A stretch of DNA of 64,000 nt, from NCBI RefSeq assembly GCF_036365525.1, contig NC_090413.1, positions 28,782,262 to 28,846,261 of the forward strand, written 5' to 3'. Shown piece by piece: positions 38,148 through 51,025 of this stretch. A program made the translations under genes and the position numbers. Each line of letters starts with the position of its first letter. The stretch's first letter is position 1. The notes below the pieces were generated by a model. It saw only the letters and a list, made by a program, of their open reading frames with translations, had not been told where the DNA came from and ran no database searches. This DNA is from Heterodontus francisci. Its lineage: Eukaryota.

Positions 38148-38881
38148 GGGATGAATCTTCTGTGCCTGCCGCTGAGGTCATTTACATAGCCAGGGCAGGC
38201 TGCTCGCCACCCACCCCCCACCCAATCACATGGAGAGGACTGGCTTCCTGTCCGCGGCAATGGCGTCAGCTACCTGTGCGCAGCCACTGCCTTACAGGGA
38301 ATTCATCCCTACCGGGAAGTTTAAATATGTCAAGGTACGGTAGGTTTTTTAAAATGAAGACATTTCTTCTTCCCCTCTCCCACCCCAAAAAGCAATAAAA
38401 TTAATTATTTGCCCTTTCCTCCCCCCAAAATACTTACCTTGTCTATCTGACCTTCCCCCCCACAACTACACAAACTTTAATCTCCAACTCTTCCCACCAT
38501 CCCCCTACATCCATGATGTTACTTTGACCCCATTCGCCCCACTCCTGCACTGATAAAATTACCTCCTCCCCCCACAGTGTGGCGCCTCGTTTCCCCAGAC
38601 GGGGATCCAAAGGCGCAGGAGTGCTGGCCACCGGCTGAAGATCACAGCGGGAGATCAGGCAGCGGTGTATCATTAATTCATTAATTTTAATTTATTTAAA
38701 TATTCAAATGGAGGTCCTGTCACCGAGCGGCAGGGGGGCTGCCAAGAGGCCTTGCCACAGCCAGCAATATCGGGCCAGGCCCTCCCAGCATTGGGGTGCA
38801 TGGTGGCCATCTCCTGAAGGCACCTTCAGGCCTCCCCCCCGCCACGGACCCAAATGCCTAGGGGGGAACAAAATACAGCCC
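38148..38881. mobile_element. GC-rich MITE (Harbinger-like)
   Basis: Degenerate TIRs gggatgaatctt / aaaatacagccc; interrupts L2; related to 53625-54405. Confidence 0.6.
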
Positions 38882-39060
38882 AGGGAGTGGCGAGGCCATG
38901 GAGGCATTTAAAAAACAAGGATGAGAATTCCAATATCGAGGCATTGCTGGAATGGGAGTGAATATAGGTCAGCGAGCATAAGGGTGCTAGGTGAATTGGT
39001 CTTGGTATGAGTTAGGATCGGGCAGTAGAGTTTTGGATGCTTTCAAGTTTAAGTAGGTTG

Positions 39061-39428
39061 TGTTATGAAAGTGATTCTGTTCTTTGTTTAAAATATTTTA
39101 AAAGGAATTTATGGTTAAGCTGAATAAATGTGGACAGATTTTTTTGTTTTCAAAAGGAAGCCATCAAGGGGTCTGAGGGAGCCAGATTTCCAACAGTGTT
39201 GCTGTTTGTCACATGGCTCGCGTTAGGCTTAGCGCAGAAGCCCTGGCAACAGGGGCAGAAAAGTGACAAGCACTCCTTTGATTGGACAAGCCCAGTAGCA
39301 GGCAGAGCACACCTGGATGGGCAGAAAAAAAGCTCATTAAGCATTTTGGTTGTTAGACAGTGTGTGTGTGTGTGACCTTCTGGAAGGGACTGAATTAACA
39401 GTGCACTCCTCCCACCTCAGTCGTAACA
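39061..39428. mobile_element. Short solo LTR
   Basis: TGTTATG...CGTAACA termini with 4-bp TSD gttg. Confidence 0.78.
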
Positions 39429-40325
39429 GTTGGAAGATGGGAGGAGATGATTGGAATAGTCAAGTCCAGAGGTAACAAAGACATGGATGAGCCTTTCAGC
39501 TATAAAAGCTGTATTCTGCTCATTCACATATTTCATGTAAAATATACCAGTTTTCTCACTTCCACCTTAATTTTGCTGGAATCCTTTTCAATCCACCTTC
39601 CATAAAAGCTGGGAGAACACATGTAAGCATGTGTACTGTTGTTGTATTCAGCACACGCAACAAGGTGTCCATGTTATGGCCCCAGGGCATATTTTACTAT
39701 ACATTGGAAAAGGAAGGTACACTTCAGATCGTAATGGATGTGAGGTCTGATTACAGGAGAAACTGGTGATGCTGAATCTGTGAGTATCTAGTGCAGAACT
39801 CATAAATCTGTAGCAGTAAGATTAGTACAGTTGCTCTTACACAGATCTTACAACTGGAGTACACATGCCAGGTAAATTAAGATTTGCTTGTGTGCATCAA
39901 TACTTTTTATCTTCTTTCAGAGGCCCAAATGAGACACAGAATCAGAAGCCTTAAGAAATCATTGAAAGAGCAAGGTTCCCAAGTACTTACAATGTTCCAT
40001 AATCTTTTATAAAGGCAGAACGTGTCTGACACATTCCTCCCAAGAATTAAAATTTAGCTCGTTCACTTGTAACTACTCTGGAGGTCTCCAAAGCATCAAG
40101 TATGCTTACTACAACAACCCAAGGAACCAGCTTAAAAGCCACTGATCAGTGAAATTTGTCCATAGTTTCAGGCTCACTCAGATCCCTTTTGTGAATAGAA
40201 ATCATAACTGCACACTAGAAAACCAAATGTAAGCATGCCTATAACAGAATCTTACTCAGCCGCTGAACAAGTGCAAACTTGATATAAAGACAGAAAGTGC
40301 TGAAAATACTCAGCAGGTGATACAG

Positions 40326-43300
40326 TCATAGAGTTATACAGCACAGTAACAGGCCCTTCGGCCCACCGTGTCCGCGCCGGCCATCAAGCCTATCTATTCT
40401 AATCCCATTTTCCACAATTGGCCTGTAGCCTTGGATGCTATGGTGTTTCAAGTGCTCATCTAAATACTTCTTAAATGTTGTGAGGGTTCCTGCCTCTACC
40501 ACCTCTTCAGGCAGTTTGTTCCAGATTCCAACCACCCTCTGGGTGTAAAATATTTTCCTCAAATCCCCTCTAAGCCTCCTGAACCTTACCTTAAATCTAT
40601 GCCCCCTGGTTGTTGACCCCTCCATTAAGGGAAAAAGTTTCTTCTGATCTAACCTATCAATGCCCCTTATAGTTTTGTATACCTCAGTCATATCTCCCCA
40701 TGCCTTCTCTGCTCTAAGGAAAACAACCCTAGCCTTTTCAGTCTCTCTTCATAGCTGAAATGCTCCAGCACAGGCAACATCCTGGTGAATCTCCTCTGCA
40801 CCCTCTCCAGTGCAATCACATCCTTCCTATAGTGTGGTGCCCAGAACTGTACACAGTACTCCAGCTGTGGCCTAACTAGCATTTTATACAGCTCCATCAT
40901 AACCTCCCTGCTCTTATATTCTATACCTCGGCTAATAAAGGCGAGTATCCCATATGCCTTCCTAACCTTAGGTTGCTGCCTTCAGTGATCTACTGAGAAA
41001 TACACGAAGGAACCTCTGACCCTCTGTACTTCCTAGGGTCCTACCATCCATTGTATATTCCCTTGCCTTGTTAGTCCTCCCAAAATGCATCACCTCACAC
41101 CTCTCAGGATTAAATTCCATTTGCCCCAGCCCTGCCCATCTATATTGTCGTGTAATCTAAGGCTTTCCTCCTCATTATTTACAACACCACCAATTTTCGT
41201 GTCATCTGCAAACTTACTGATCATACCTCCTATATTCATGTCTAAATCATGAATGTACACTACGAACAGCAAGTGTCCCAGCACCGATCCCTGCAGTACA
41301 CCACTGGTCACAGGCTTCCACTCGCAAAAACAACCCTCGCCCATCACCCTCTGCCTTCTGCCACTAAGCCAATTTTGGACCCAAATTGCCCTGAATCCCA
41401 TGGGCTTTTACATTCTTATCGAATCTCCCATGTGGGACCTTCTCAAAAGCCTTACTGAAGTCCATGTAGACTACATCAACAGCTTTACTCTCATCTACAC
41501 ATCTCGTCACTGCCTTGAAAAACTCGATCAAGTTAGACACAATCTCCCCCGACAAAGCCATGCTGACTATCCCTGATTAATCCCTTCCTCTCCAAGGGGA
41601 GATTAATCCTGTCCGTCAGAATTTTTTCCAATAGTTTCCCAACCACTGATATTAGACTCACTGGCCTGTAATTACCTGGTTTATCCCTACTACCCTTCTT
41701 AAATAATGGTACCACATTTGCTGTCCTCCAATCCTCTGGTACCTCTCCTGTGGCCAGAGAGGATTTGAAAATTTGTGTCAGAGCCCCTGCAATCTCCTCC
41801 CTTGCCTCACATAACAGTCTGGGATACATCTCATCTGGGCCTGGGGATTTATCCACTTTTAAGCCCGCTAAAACAGCTAATACTTCCTCCCTTTCAATGC
41901 TAACATGTTCAAGTATATCACAATCCCCCTCCCTGATCTCTACACCTACATCGTCCTTCTCCATAGTGAACACAGATGAAAAGTAATCATTTAAAACCTC
42001 AACCTATGTCCTCCGGCTCCACACACAGATCGCCATGTTGGTCCCTAATAGGCCCTACTCTTTCCCTGTTATCCTCTTGCCCTTAATATACTTAGAAAAC
42101 ACCTTGGGATTTTCCTTTATCTTTCCCGTCAGTGTTTTTTCATGTCCCCTCTTCGCTCTCCTAATTACTTTTTTAAGTACCCCCCCTACACTTTCTTTAC
42201 TCCTCTAGTGCTTCCGCTGTTTTCAGCACTCTGAATCTGCCATACGCCTCCTTTTTTTTTCCTGATCCAATCCTCTAAATCCCTTGACATCCAGGGTTCC
42301 CTGGACTTGTTGGTCCTACCCTTCACCTTAATGGGTACATGTTGGCTCTGTACTCTCACTATTTCCTCTTTGAATGACTCCCACTGATCTGATGTAGACT
42401 TTCCTACAAGTAGCTGCTCCCAGTCCACTTTAGCCAGATCCTGTTTTATCATCTTAAAATCGGCCTTCCCCCAATTCAGTACCTTTATTTCTGGTCCATC
42501 TTTGTCCTTTTCCATAACTACCTTAAATCTTACAGAGTTATGGTCACTATCCCCGTACTGCCCCTTCTCTTGTAGGGCTTTCTACCTCTCTGTGATTTTC
42601 CTACATATCTGCTCCTCTATTTCTCCCTGACTGTTTGGCAGCCTGTAGTACACTCCCAGCCAAGTGATTGCCCCCTTTTTGTTTTTAAATTCTACCCATA
42701 TGGCCTCATTTGAGGAACCTTTTAAGATATCATCCCTCCTTACTGCAGTAATTGACTCCTTGATCAACAGTGTAATGCCACCTCCTTTTACCCCCTCCCC
42801 TGTCATGCCTGAAGATTCTATACCCTGGAATATTCAGCTGCCAGTCCTGCCCCTCCCTCAACCATGTCTCTGTGATAGCAATAATATCATAATGCCATGT
42901 GCTAATCAATGCCCTCAATTCATCTGCCTTACTACTAAGACTCCTTGCATTAAAATAGATTAAATCTAGCCTTGCATTTTTCACTTGTGCATAAACAGGT
43001 CTGTATTTACTCTGCCTTCGAAATTGACTCAGTTTCTCTTCTATATTTGACTGTGCATCAAACTAAAGCCCTCCCTCCTGCACCACCTCCTCAGCCACGC
43101 ATTCATCTGCTCTATCCTCCTATTCCTGTACTCACTAGCACGTGGCACTGGGAGTAATCCAGAGATTACAACCTTTGTGGTCCTGCTTTTTAATCTTCTA
43201 CCTAGCTCCCTAAATTCTTGTTGCAGGACCTCAACCCTCTTTCTACCGATGTGGTTGGCACCAATGTGTACCATGACCTATGACTGTTCACCCTTTCTCT

Positions 43301-44040
43301 TCAGAATGTCCTGCAGCCGCTCCAAGACATCCTTGACCCTAACACCAGGGAGGCAACATAGCATCCTGGAGTCTCGTTTGCGGCCACAGAAACGCCTGTC
43401 TGTTCCCCTTACAATTGAATCCCCTATCAGTATGGCTCTCCCACTCTTTTTCACCCCCTCTTGTGCAGCAGAGCCATCCATGGTGCCACAAATTTTGCTG
43501 TTGCTGCTTTCCCCTGGGAGGCCATCCCCCCCCCAACTGTATCCAAAGCGGTGTATCTGTTTGAGAAAGGGATGGGCACAGGGGACCCCTGCACTACCTG
43601 TCTGCGCCTACTACTCCTCCTGGTGGTCACCCATCCCTTTTCTGCCTCTGCAGCCATTACCTGCTGTGTGACCACCTTGCTAAATGTGCTATCCACGATG
43701 TCCTCAGCATCTTGATGTGGACCAAGACCTCTAGCTGTTCACCCTCCCCCAGAAGAATGTCCTGCAGCCTCTCTGTGACATCCTTGACCCTGGCACCAGG
43801 GAGGCAGCACACCATCCTGGAGTCACGTTTACTGCCGCAGAAACGCCTGTCTGTTCCTCTAACTAAGGAATTCCCTATCTCTACAGCTCTTCAACTTCTC
43901 TTCCACCCTTCCAGTGCAACTGAGCCACCTGTGGTGCCACAAATTTGGATTTGACTGCACTCCTTCGAGGAACCATCACCCTCACCGGTAACCAAAATCG
44001 ATTAGCGAGTGAGATCATAGCAGGGGACTCTTGCACTATC
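40326..44040 (-). mobile_element. Long decayed CR1 (ORF1 esterase region present twice, plus ORF2)
   Basis: ILIGDSIVRG, CLPGVRVKDV, YFNARSL, AITETWL, KPGNYRPVSL, KFADDTK; 43714-44040 is a second diverged ORF1 piece. Confidence 0.9.
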
Positions 44041-44890
44041 ATTGATGAAGCAGCTGAAGATGGTTGGTTAGGGCACTTTCCTGAGGAACTCCTGCAGCAA
44101 TGTCCTGGAGCTAAGATGATTGTCCTCCAACAGCCACAACCATTTTCCTTTGTGTTAGATATGACTCCAGACAGTAGAGAATTTCCCCCTGATTCTCATT
44201 GACTTCAATTTTACTGGGCTCCTTGATGCCACATCTAGACAAATGCTACCTTGATGTCAAGGGCAGTCACTGTCTGGAATTCAGCTCTTTTGTCCATGTT
44301 TGGTCCAAGGCTGTAATGAGGTCTGAATCTAAGTGGTCCTGGTGGAACCCAAACTGATCATCGGTGAGCGGGTTATTGCTGAGTAATTGCCACTTGATAG
44401 CCCTGTTGATGACACCTTCCATCATTTTGTTGATGATTGAGAGTAGACTGCTGGGGAGGTAATAGGCTGTAGAAGATTTGTCCTGCTTTTTGTGGATGGG
44501 GCATATCCAGGCAATTTTCCACATAGTCGGGTCCATGCTGTACTGAAACTGAAATTGTACTGGAACAACTTGGCTAGGGGTGTGGCTAATTCTGAAGCAC
44601 AAGTCTTCAGCACTGCAGCTGGGTTGTATCCTTTGCTGTATCCTGTGCCTTCAGCTGTTTGTTGATGTCACGTGGAGCGAACCGCATTGCTTTGGCTGAA
44701 TATTGGCATCTGTGATCATGGGACCGTCACAAGGAGGCTGCGATGGATCATTAACTCAGCACTTTGGCCGAAGATGTTCGCAAACACTTCACCATCATTG
44801 AGAATGGGGATGTTTGTTGAAACTCCTCCTCCCATTAATTATTTAATTGTTGACCACCATTCATGACTGGATGTGCTCGGACTGCAGGAA
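44040..44890 (-). mobile_element. Old CR1-group fragment
   Basis: LKTCASELATPLAKLFQ and QFGFHQ motifs, homologous to 24340-24720. Confidence 0.8.
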
Positions 44891-45391
44891 TGTTGCTCCT
44901 TCTGGAGTAACAATTACTCAATTCCCATCAAACTGAAGCAGATCTGAGGACAGATCGACTGCTATTCTGTGAAAGCATCAACATCCCAAGGTGACCTCTG
45001 CCTATGAAATGAAGGCAGTTTGTATTTGTACATGGCAGATGAACAAATGCAGGACAAAGTAAAAATGTTGCTTCTTCAAACACTGATCAGACGCTTGGGT
45101 TTCCAAAAGGTTTCACTACCTTTACTTAAAAGATTCTAAGGCCTACTCAATGTTACACAATTGATGACTCACTTTCATTCAATGACTATCCAATAAACCA
45201 GCTGAGTTCAGGATCAAACTGTGTCTGAGTGTTAATCTATTTTACACCACTCTGCACACAGTTCAGTATTTCACCAGCGCCAGGCTACCCTAAATCAGAC
45301 ACATTCTGGTTATCCTTAAACACTTTTCCCTGGCTCCACTTTCCTTTTATGTCAGATAATCAAATATGTTGGGTCAAGAGTTTTCACTTAC

Positions 45392-45667
45392 TGTATACTG
45401 TGACCACCTTTTTTTCCTCCTTCAGCTGATAACCGTCTGATTTACAGATTACACTGCATGGTGCTGCAAAATCCCATTTCTGCATACTTGGGAAATAGTC
45501 TGTGGACCAGTTAGTGCCATTTCTTCTGTTCGGATGTATCCCTGATTTATATTCCACAGTCATTATCGGTTCTGCACATGATGTACTGCAGTTCACCTCT
45601 AAAGAATCTCCAAATTCCACAGCTGAGGGGTTTGTGTCAATCCAAATCTCAAATCCAGTTACACTTG
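45392..45667 (-). CDS. Copy 1 Ig domain 1 exon (ICAM N-terminal type)
   Basis: Acceptor ttccttggcag, donor A|gtaagt, 276 bp. Encodes SVTGFEIWIDTNPSAVEFGDSLEVNCSTSCAEPIMTVEY...PCSVICKSDG...VVTVY; four-Cys CSTSC/CxxxC pattern, compare ICAM-2 GSLEVNCSTTC. Confidence 0.9.
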
Positions 45668-48143
45668 CTGCCAAGGAAACAAAACAGAATAGATTCAGGA
45701 AAAGGAAATCCTTTTAATTGCAGAACTCATGATTAACTCCCCACAGTAACTGCACACTTTCATTTTGTATCTGGGCACTTTTATAGTGGAAAAACTGATG
45801 GAAATTAAAACTGGAAGCTCAAAAAACCATACAGGAGGCTAAAAATTCAAATCCACGAACTGCTTTCAAAAAGTGGAAGTTAATAAATGTGTGGTTGCCC
45901 GTTAATAAATTTTAAACTTCCAGTATATGTGTAAAGAACTGTAAATGAAAGAAGTATCAACTCAGCCTTGGGTTGGATAAGCAGGCATTAGAAAGACCAA
46001 ATAATGAGCTAACCATGACCGCAACATAGAAGGGAAAGCAGTAGATTGGGAATGTTTGCAAGATAGGTTCAGATAAAGAGAGCCCTTTAGCCAATTTATA
46101 GTTATCTTTCTGGCTTACTATCTTCGCATTTAGCCATTTCAGAAATTAGTGCTGTGTCCCGGCCAGATGCAGTGATGGACAAGATAATTCCTCTGGTGCA
46201 GGACCTCGCTTAGAGGAGGTTAACTGCAGAATGGGCAAGGAGGTCAATATCCTCAACATTTATCAAGCAAAATTGTAAATTGAAAATAATAATCCCATTA
46301 CACAGGAGGAGCGACAGGAATGAATATCAGAAACACAGAGGCACTGGTCTGCTTCGGGTGACTGAGAAATTGCCGCACTTTGTGTGCCAGCATGGTGACT
46401 GGACCCTTTGGTTTTGCCCAATTCTGTGTTACTCATTGTAGCCTCATACAGATCTGTCAGAATTGCTGGTTTCAATGTGATGGCAACAACAAGCAGTAAG
46501 TGCCAGTGGGGTGAAACCCACATGGAACTTTGTTTTTTTCAATTCAAATGCTAGAAAAGAGCCAAATGACCTCTTCAGTTGTCAATAACAGACCAGAGCT
46601 GGTGTTGGGTGTGGAGGCTCCATGCCTGGGATCTGCTGGGGCTCTCCACTGCAGTGGACCTCCGCAGGCACTGCTGCCTTAAAATCCATGTCTGGTTTTT
46701 ACTCTAAAGGGTACAGAGGAATGGCCACTGCTCCCAGTGTTTTTCACAAGCGCTGGCTCACTTATTTAAGACAAACCAATAGGGCAGAACAGAAAGTGCC
46801 AGAGTCGCAAGTTTAGATTTTTAGCACAAGTTGAGTCCCCGCCCTCACCTGTAGTTCTTTACCTCTCAAGTCTCTTTTGAGAAAGAACCCAGAGAACCCC
46901 AAACTAATATTTCCCAATGTTGAATTAAAATAGAGCAGGAAAATGTAAAAACCCCAGTAGTTTAACCATAAGGTCGTAAAGATCTGTTACCACCCTGAAT
47001 ATAATGTAAAGAGGAAATTACCTTGTTTACTTCAACCCACCTGTCATACTGAAAGTTAAGATGGAGAAGTAAATACATCCAACTGTTGAAATCAGCCTAA
47101 AGTCCATAACTCCGGGGTTTTGGAGAGAATGGATCTTCACAGTTTGCAGGCTGGAATCTGAAATTGCAACTGCTGTTGCTGCCTCTTGGAGATATTGCGT
47201 TACAGATCGTTATCAAGGATTGCATGAGCATCGCCCTTCCGGGACATTATTTGGAATTAAAACATTCATTTTGGGACTTAATGTGAGGAGATTCCACAAA
47301 TACTTTTCTCTCATTTTAACATTTTGCAGATTAATCAGGCTTTTTGAAAGTTTTTCGATGTCGCTATAGGAGTTCCCGATGTGGTTGTAGGGGACAGGAT
47401 TGAGTGTGCCTGTGTACCAGCTGTCGCACCCTGGCAGCTGGGATACAGGCTGCTGTGTCTTAGGGCATTCAGGATCTCATAGCTACTACTAGACCATTGA
47501 TCCTGCTAATGAGCTGGGACACATATATGTATGGCACGCCCAGTGGAATGGTGATAATTGGAGGAGTCCTGCCTGATACTGCCATCTCCGTGGACAGTAC
47601 ACATGTGAAGCCTCTGGACTTCTCCCTCAGCTATCCTGCCAGTGATATGCAAGGGGAAACTTTAGGCTGTCCATGAACAAGCTCCAGGGATACCTTCACA
47701 GGAATAAGCTGCTACTAGTGCAGAGCCACCTTAGTCCCATGAGGTTTCTGTAGCAAAGGAGCAGTCAACCACCTCTTGTGATACTGGACATCAAGTTGCA
47801 ACTTGAAGAAGCACTGGAAGTTGAGAAATAAAAGCACCTTTAGGCACCAGGGGAAGTATGGTGTCAGGGACAAGTAGGTTGGCTCATGTTCACTTTGGAG
47901 GTTCTTTTTAATTAAAAGGAGAATATTCATTCTGTTGTACTCACTTATTCATGGACATTAAATACAGGATTAAAAACTAGATAAATATAACCCAGGGGAG
48001 AGGTGAGTAGCTGCCCCCAATATCAAGGCAGCATTTCACTGAGCATAGCAACAAAGAGCTTGAGCAAAACTGAACTCAGTGGGAGTTAGAGGCAAAAGTC
48101 TCCAGTGACTGGAGTTATCCCTAACAGAAAGGAATGTGGTTGT

Positions 48144-48278
48144 ATAAAAGCAAAACACTGCGGATGCTGGAAATCTGAAATAAAAACAAGAAATGCTGGA
48201 ACCACTCAGCAGGTCTGGCAGCATCTATGAAAAGAGAAGCAGAGTTAACGTTTCGGGTCAGTGACCCTTCTTTGGAAC
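48144..48278 (-). mobile_element. Solo Penelope pLTR fragment with a degenerate hammerhead
   Basis: Reverse-complement match to 23941-24073; TSD gtggttgt (48136-48143 / 48279-48286). Confidence 0.82.
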
Positions 48279-49150
48279 GTGGTTGTGGTTGTTGGCTGCC
48301 AATCATCACCAGCCCCAAGTCATTCACTGCAAGTGTTCTTCATGGAAACATCCTCAGTACAATTATTTTCAACTACTTCATCAGTTACCTCCCTCAGTCA
48401 TCAGGTCAGGACTGGGTCAGTTCATTGAGAATTCCACAATCTATAGCTCCATTCATAACCCCTTTGATATTGGGAACCCTATCCAGGTTCAGCTTCTGGC
48501 AGGCAATAACGTCCAGGCTTGGGCTGACAAGTGGCAGATAACATTCCTTCTCCAATTATACCAGGTAATGACCATCTTGAACAAGAGAAAGTCCATCCAT
48601 TTCCTCTTGACCTTCAGTAGCACCAGCATCACCAGGAGCTTGACAGAGTAGACACTGAGGTTGTTTCCTATGGATGGGGAATCTAGAACACAGAGGCATG
48701 GGATAAAGGGGCCAATCATGAGGAGAAATTTCTTCACTCAAAGGGCTGTGAATCTTTGGAATTCTCTACCGCAGAGGGTTGTGGATGCTCCATCTTTGAA
48801 TATATTTATGGCTGAGATGGAAACTTTTATTGTCTCTCAGGGAATCAAGGGATATGGGGAGCGAGTGGGAAAGCAGATTTTAGGACAAGTATCAGCCGTG
48901 ATCATAGTGAATGGCGGAGCAGGCTCGAGGGGCCGTATGGTCTTCTCCTGCTTCTATTTCTTATGTTCTTACATCCCCGCACCATCATCTTGAGGATCAC
49001 CACTGATTAGAATCTGAAGAGAACCAGCCTTATGATCACCATGGTAGGGCAATCACTTCCTGATCCTTGAAAACCACACCACCATCCAGAAAACTTATGG
49101 CAGGAGTGTGATTGTATGTTAACCACTCAGCTGGGTGGGTGCAGCTTTAC
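48279..49150 (+). mobile_element. Old CR1-group fragments with a nested CR1 3' end (~48640-48971)
   Basis: VQAWADKWQITF and FFTQRAVNLWNSLPQ motifs. Confidence 0.75.
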
Positions 49151-49154
49151 AAAT

Positions 49155-51025
49155 TATGGAAAAAACCACAGCTGCCAAAAATGAGATTAATTTCATCAAA
49201 TGGAACAGTATTTTTGAACTATTACTGGACTTGAAATAACTTGTTTAAATAGACGACAACAGTGTCTGAAAACATGGCTGCACATTTGCATTCTAAAGGA
49301 CAGTGGCTGGAAACATGGCAGTATATTTGTAATCTAAAAGACAATTGCAGGAAGAAGACAATGGGAATGCCTCCCTGACTTAATTAGCCAGATGGATTTT
49401 GATCAAGAAACATTGAATGTGTAAGAGACTGCAATTTGACGGCAAAAGAGAAGGAAGGTCTCTCCCTGTCTCTCTCTCTCAAGCAAAGTTCCAGGGAGCC
49501 ACGGAAGTAACTTAAGCCTCAAGAAAGACGACCAGCGAAACATGTTTGAAAGTGTGCACTGGGCCCCAACGAGAACTGCAAGACATAACTTCAATCAAAG
49601 ACTTTACATCAAACCCAGAGCCAGTAACTGAATTCCAGCTATTACTTCAAACCTTTCCCCTTCCTTCTCCTCCTCTGTCTCTATTTACGTGTGTGTTTCT
49701 TGCGTACGCATGCTAGCGTGGCCGTGTTGCATATTTTTTAGAAGTTTTAACTGAATTGGAGTTTTAAGGTTAATAAACTTACACCTTCCTTGTCTAAATC
49801 TGAGAAAACCTGTCTGGCTGATTTCTTTGCCATTATAATTAGAGAACCGTGAGCAAGGACTCACAGAGGGAAGCTAAAACACAGTGTTTTAAAAAGTTAA
49901 ACCCTGTTATGGCCAAACCAGCAAGAGCCTAAAAGGGGGAGCCGTAGACCCCTTTTTCACCTGGTCATGTTACACATATGCAAATAGAAACAGTGGAGGT
50001 GAAAGAAGGGGAAATGTTTGAAGTAATAGCAGGAATTCAGTTACTGGCTCTGGGTTTGATGTAAAGTCTTTGTTTGAAGTTAAGTCTTGCAGTTCTCGTT
50101 GGGGTAAAGTGCACACTTTCAAAATTGTTTCACTGGTCTTTTGTCTTGAAGCTTAAGTTACTAAGCAGCACAGTGGCGCAGTAGTTAGCACTGCAGCCTC
50201 ACAGCTCCAGCAACCCAGGTTCAATTCCGGGTATTGCCTGTGTGGAGTTTGCAAGTTCTCCCTGTGTCTGCGTGGGTTTTCTCCGGGTGCTCCGGTTTCC
50301 TCCCACAAGCCAAAAAGACTTGCAGGTTGATAGGTAAATTGGCCATTATAAATTGTCACTAGTATAGGTAGGTGGTAGGGAAATATAGGGACAGGTGGGG
50401 ATGTTTGGTGGGAATATGGGATTAGTGTAGGATTAATCTTTATGGGTGGTTGACGGTCGGCACAGACTCGGTGGGCCGAAGGGCCTGTTTCAGTGCTGTA
50501 TCTCTAATCTAATCTAATCTTACTACTGTCGGTCCCTGGAACTTTTTTTGAGAGATAGAAAGAGAGAGAGAGAGAGAGGGGGGAAGACAGGGAGAGAGCC
50601 TCCTTTTCTTTTGTCTTCAAATTGCAGTCTCTTCCTTAAACTGTTCTGAGAGCATAATTCAAATAACACCAAGTTGGCCAGCAGGTTATTCATGTGACTA
50701 GCACCTTATTTGGAACAGCCTCTCCTGCGAGGTTTGTGGATTTCCCCCAAGCTTACCAGACACTCTCAGTGGGGGTGTGGAATGCTGGCTCTTACACATT
50801 CAATGTCGCTTGATCAAAATCCATCTGGCTAAATGAATCAGGGCGGCACTCCCATTGTCTTCTTCCTGCAACTGTCCTTTAGAATGCAAATGTGCAGCCA
50901 TGTTTTCAGCCACTGTTGTGGTCTATTTAAACAAGTTATTTCAAGTGCAGTATCAGTTCAAAAATAATGTTCCATGATGATGAAATTAATATGTCTCATT
51001 TTTGGCAGGTGCTGTTTCTGTCACA
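49155..51025. mobile_element. Two LTR-like copies in inverted orientation (related to 9351-10225)
   Basis: 49165-49640 matches the reverse complement of ~50030-51015; right end ...ctgtcaca. Confidence 0.7.
50165..50520 (+). mobile_element. HE1/V-SINE-like SINE
   Basis: tRNA-like head gcacagtggcgcagtagttagc...ggttcaattcc; (TAATC)n tail. Confidence 0.9.

Larger units (their letters stand above)
37330..39505 (-). mobile_element. L2 fragment containing a DeuSINE-like SINE (~37465-37970) and further nested inserts
   Basis: Same L2 3' end and SINE body as seen at 4417-5256. Confidence 0.7.
5661..45667 (-). other. Gene span, copy 1: ICAM/VCAM-family type I membrane protein with 6 Ig domains, TM and cytoplasmic tail (~630 aa without the signal exon)
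   Basis: Seven exons join in frame through phase-1 GT-AG introns. D1 resembles ICAM-2/ICAM-1 domain 1 and the tail has an ICAM/VCAM-like basic-Tyr motif. Signal-peptide exon not identified. Confidence 0.88.

Noticed and set aside
46263-46523. MWVSPHWHLLLVVAITLK as the signal-peptide exon
   Set aside because: Hydrophobic start, but no good phase-1 donor at a plausible distance; left uncalled.
48241-48278. Additional active hammerhead
   Set aside because: Core reads CCAAAGA, lacking the conserved G5; likely inactive.
50165-50240. tRNA gene
   Set aside because: A/B boxes belong to the SINE head and are followed by SINE body and tail (also 7113 and 26315).
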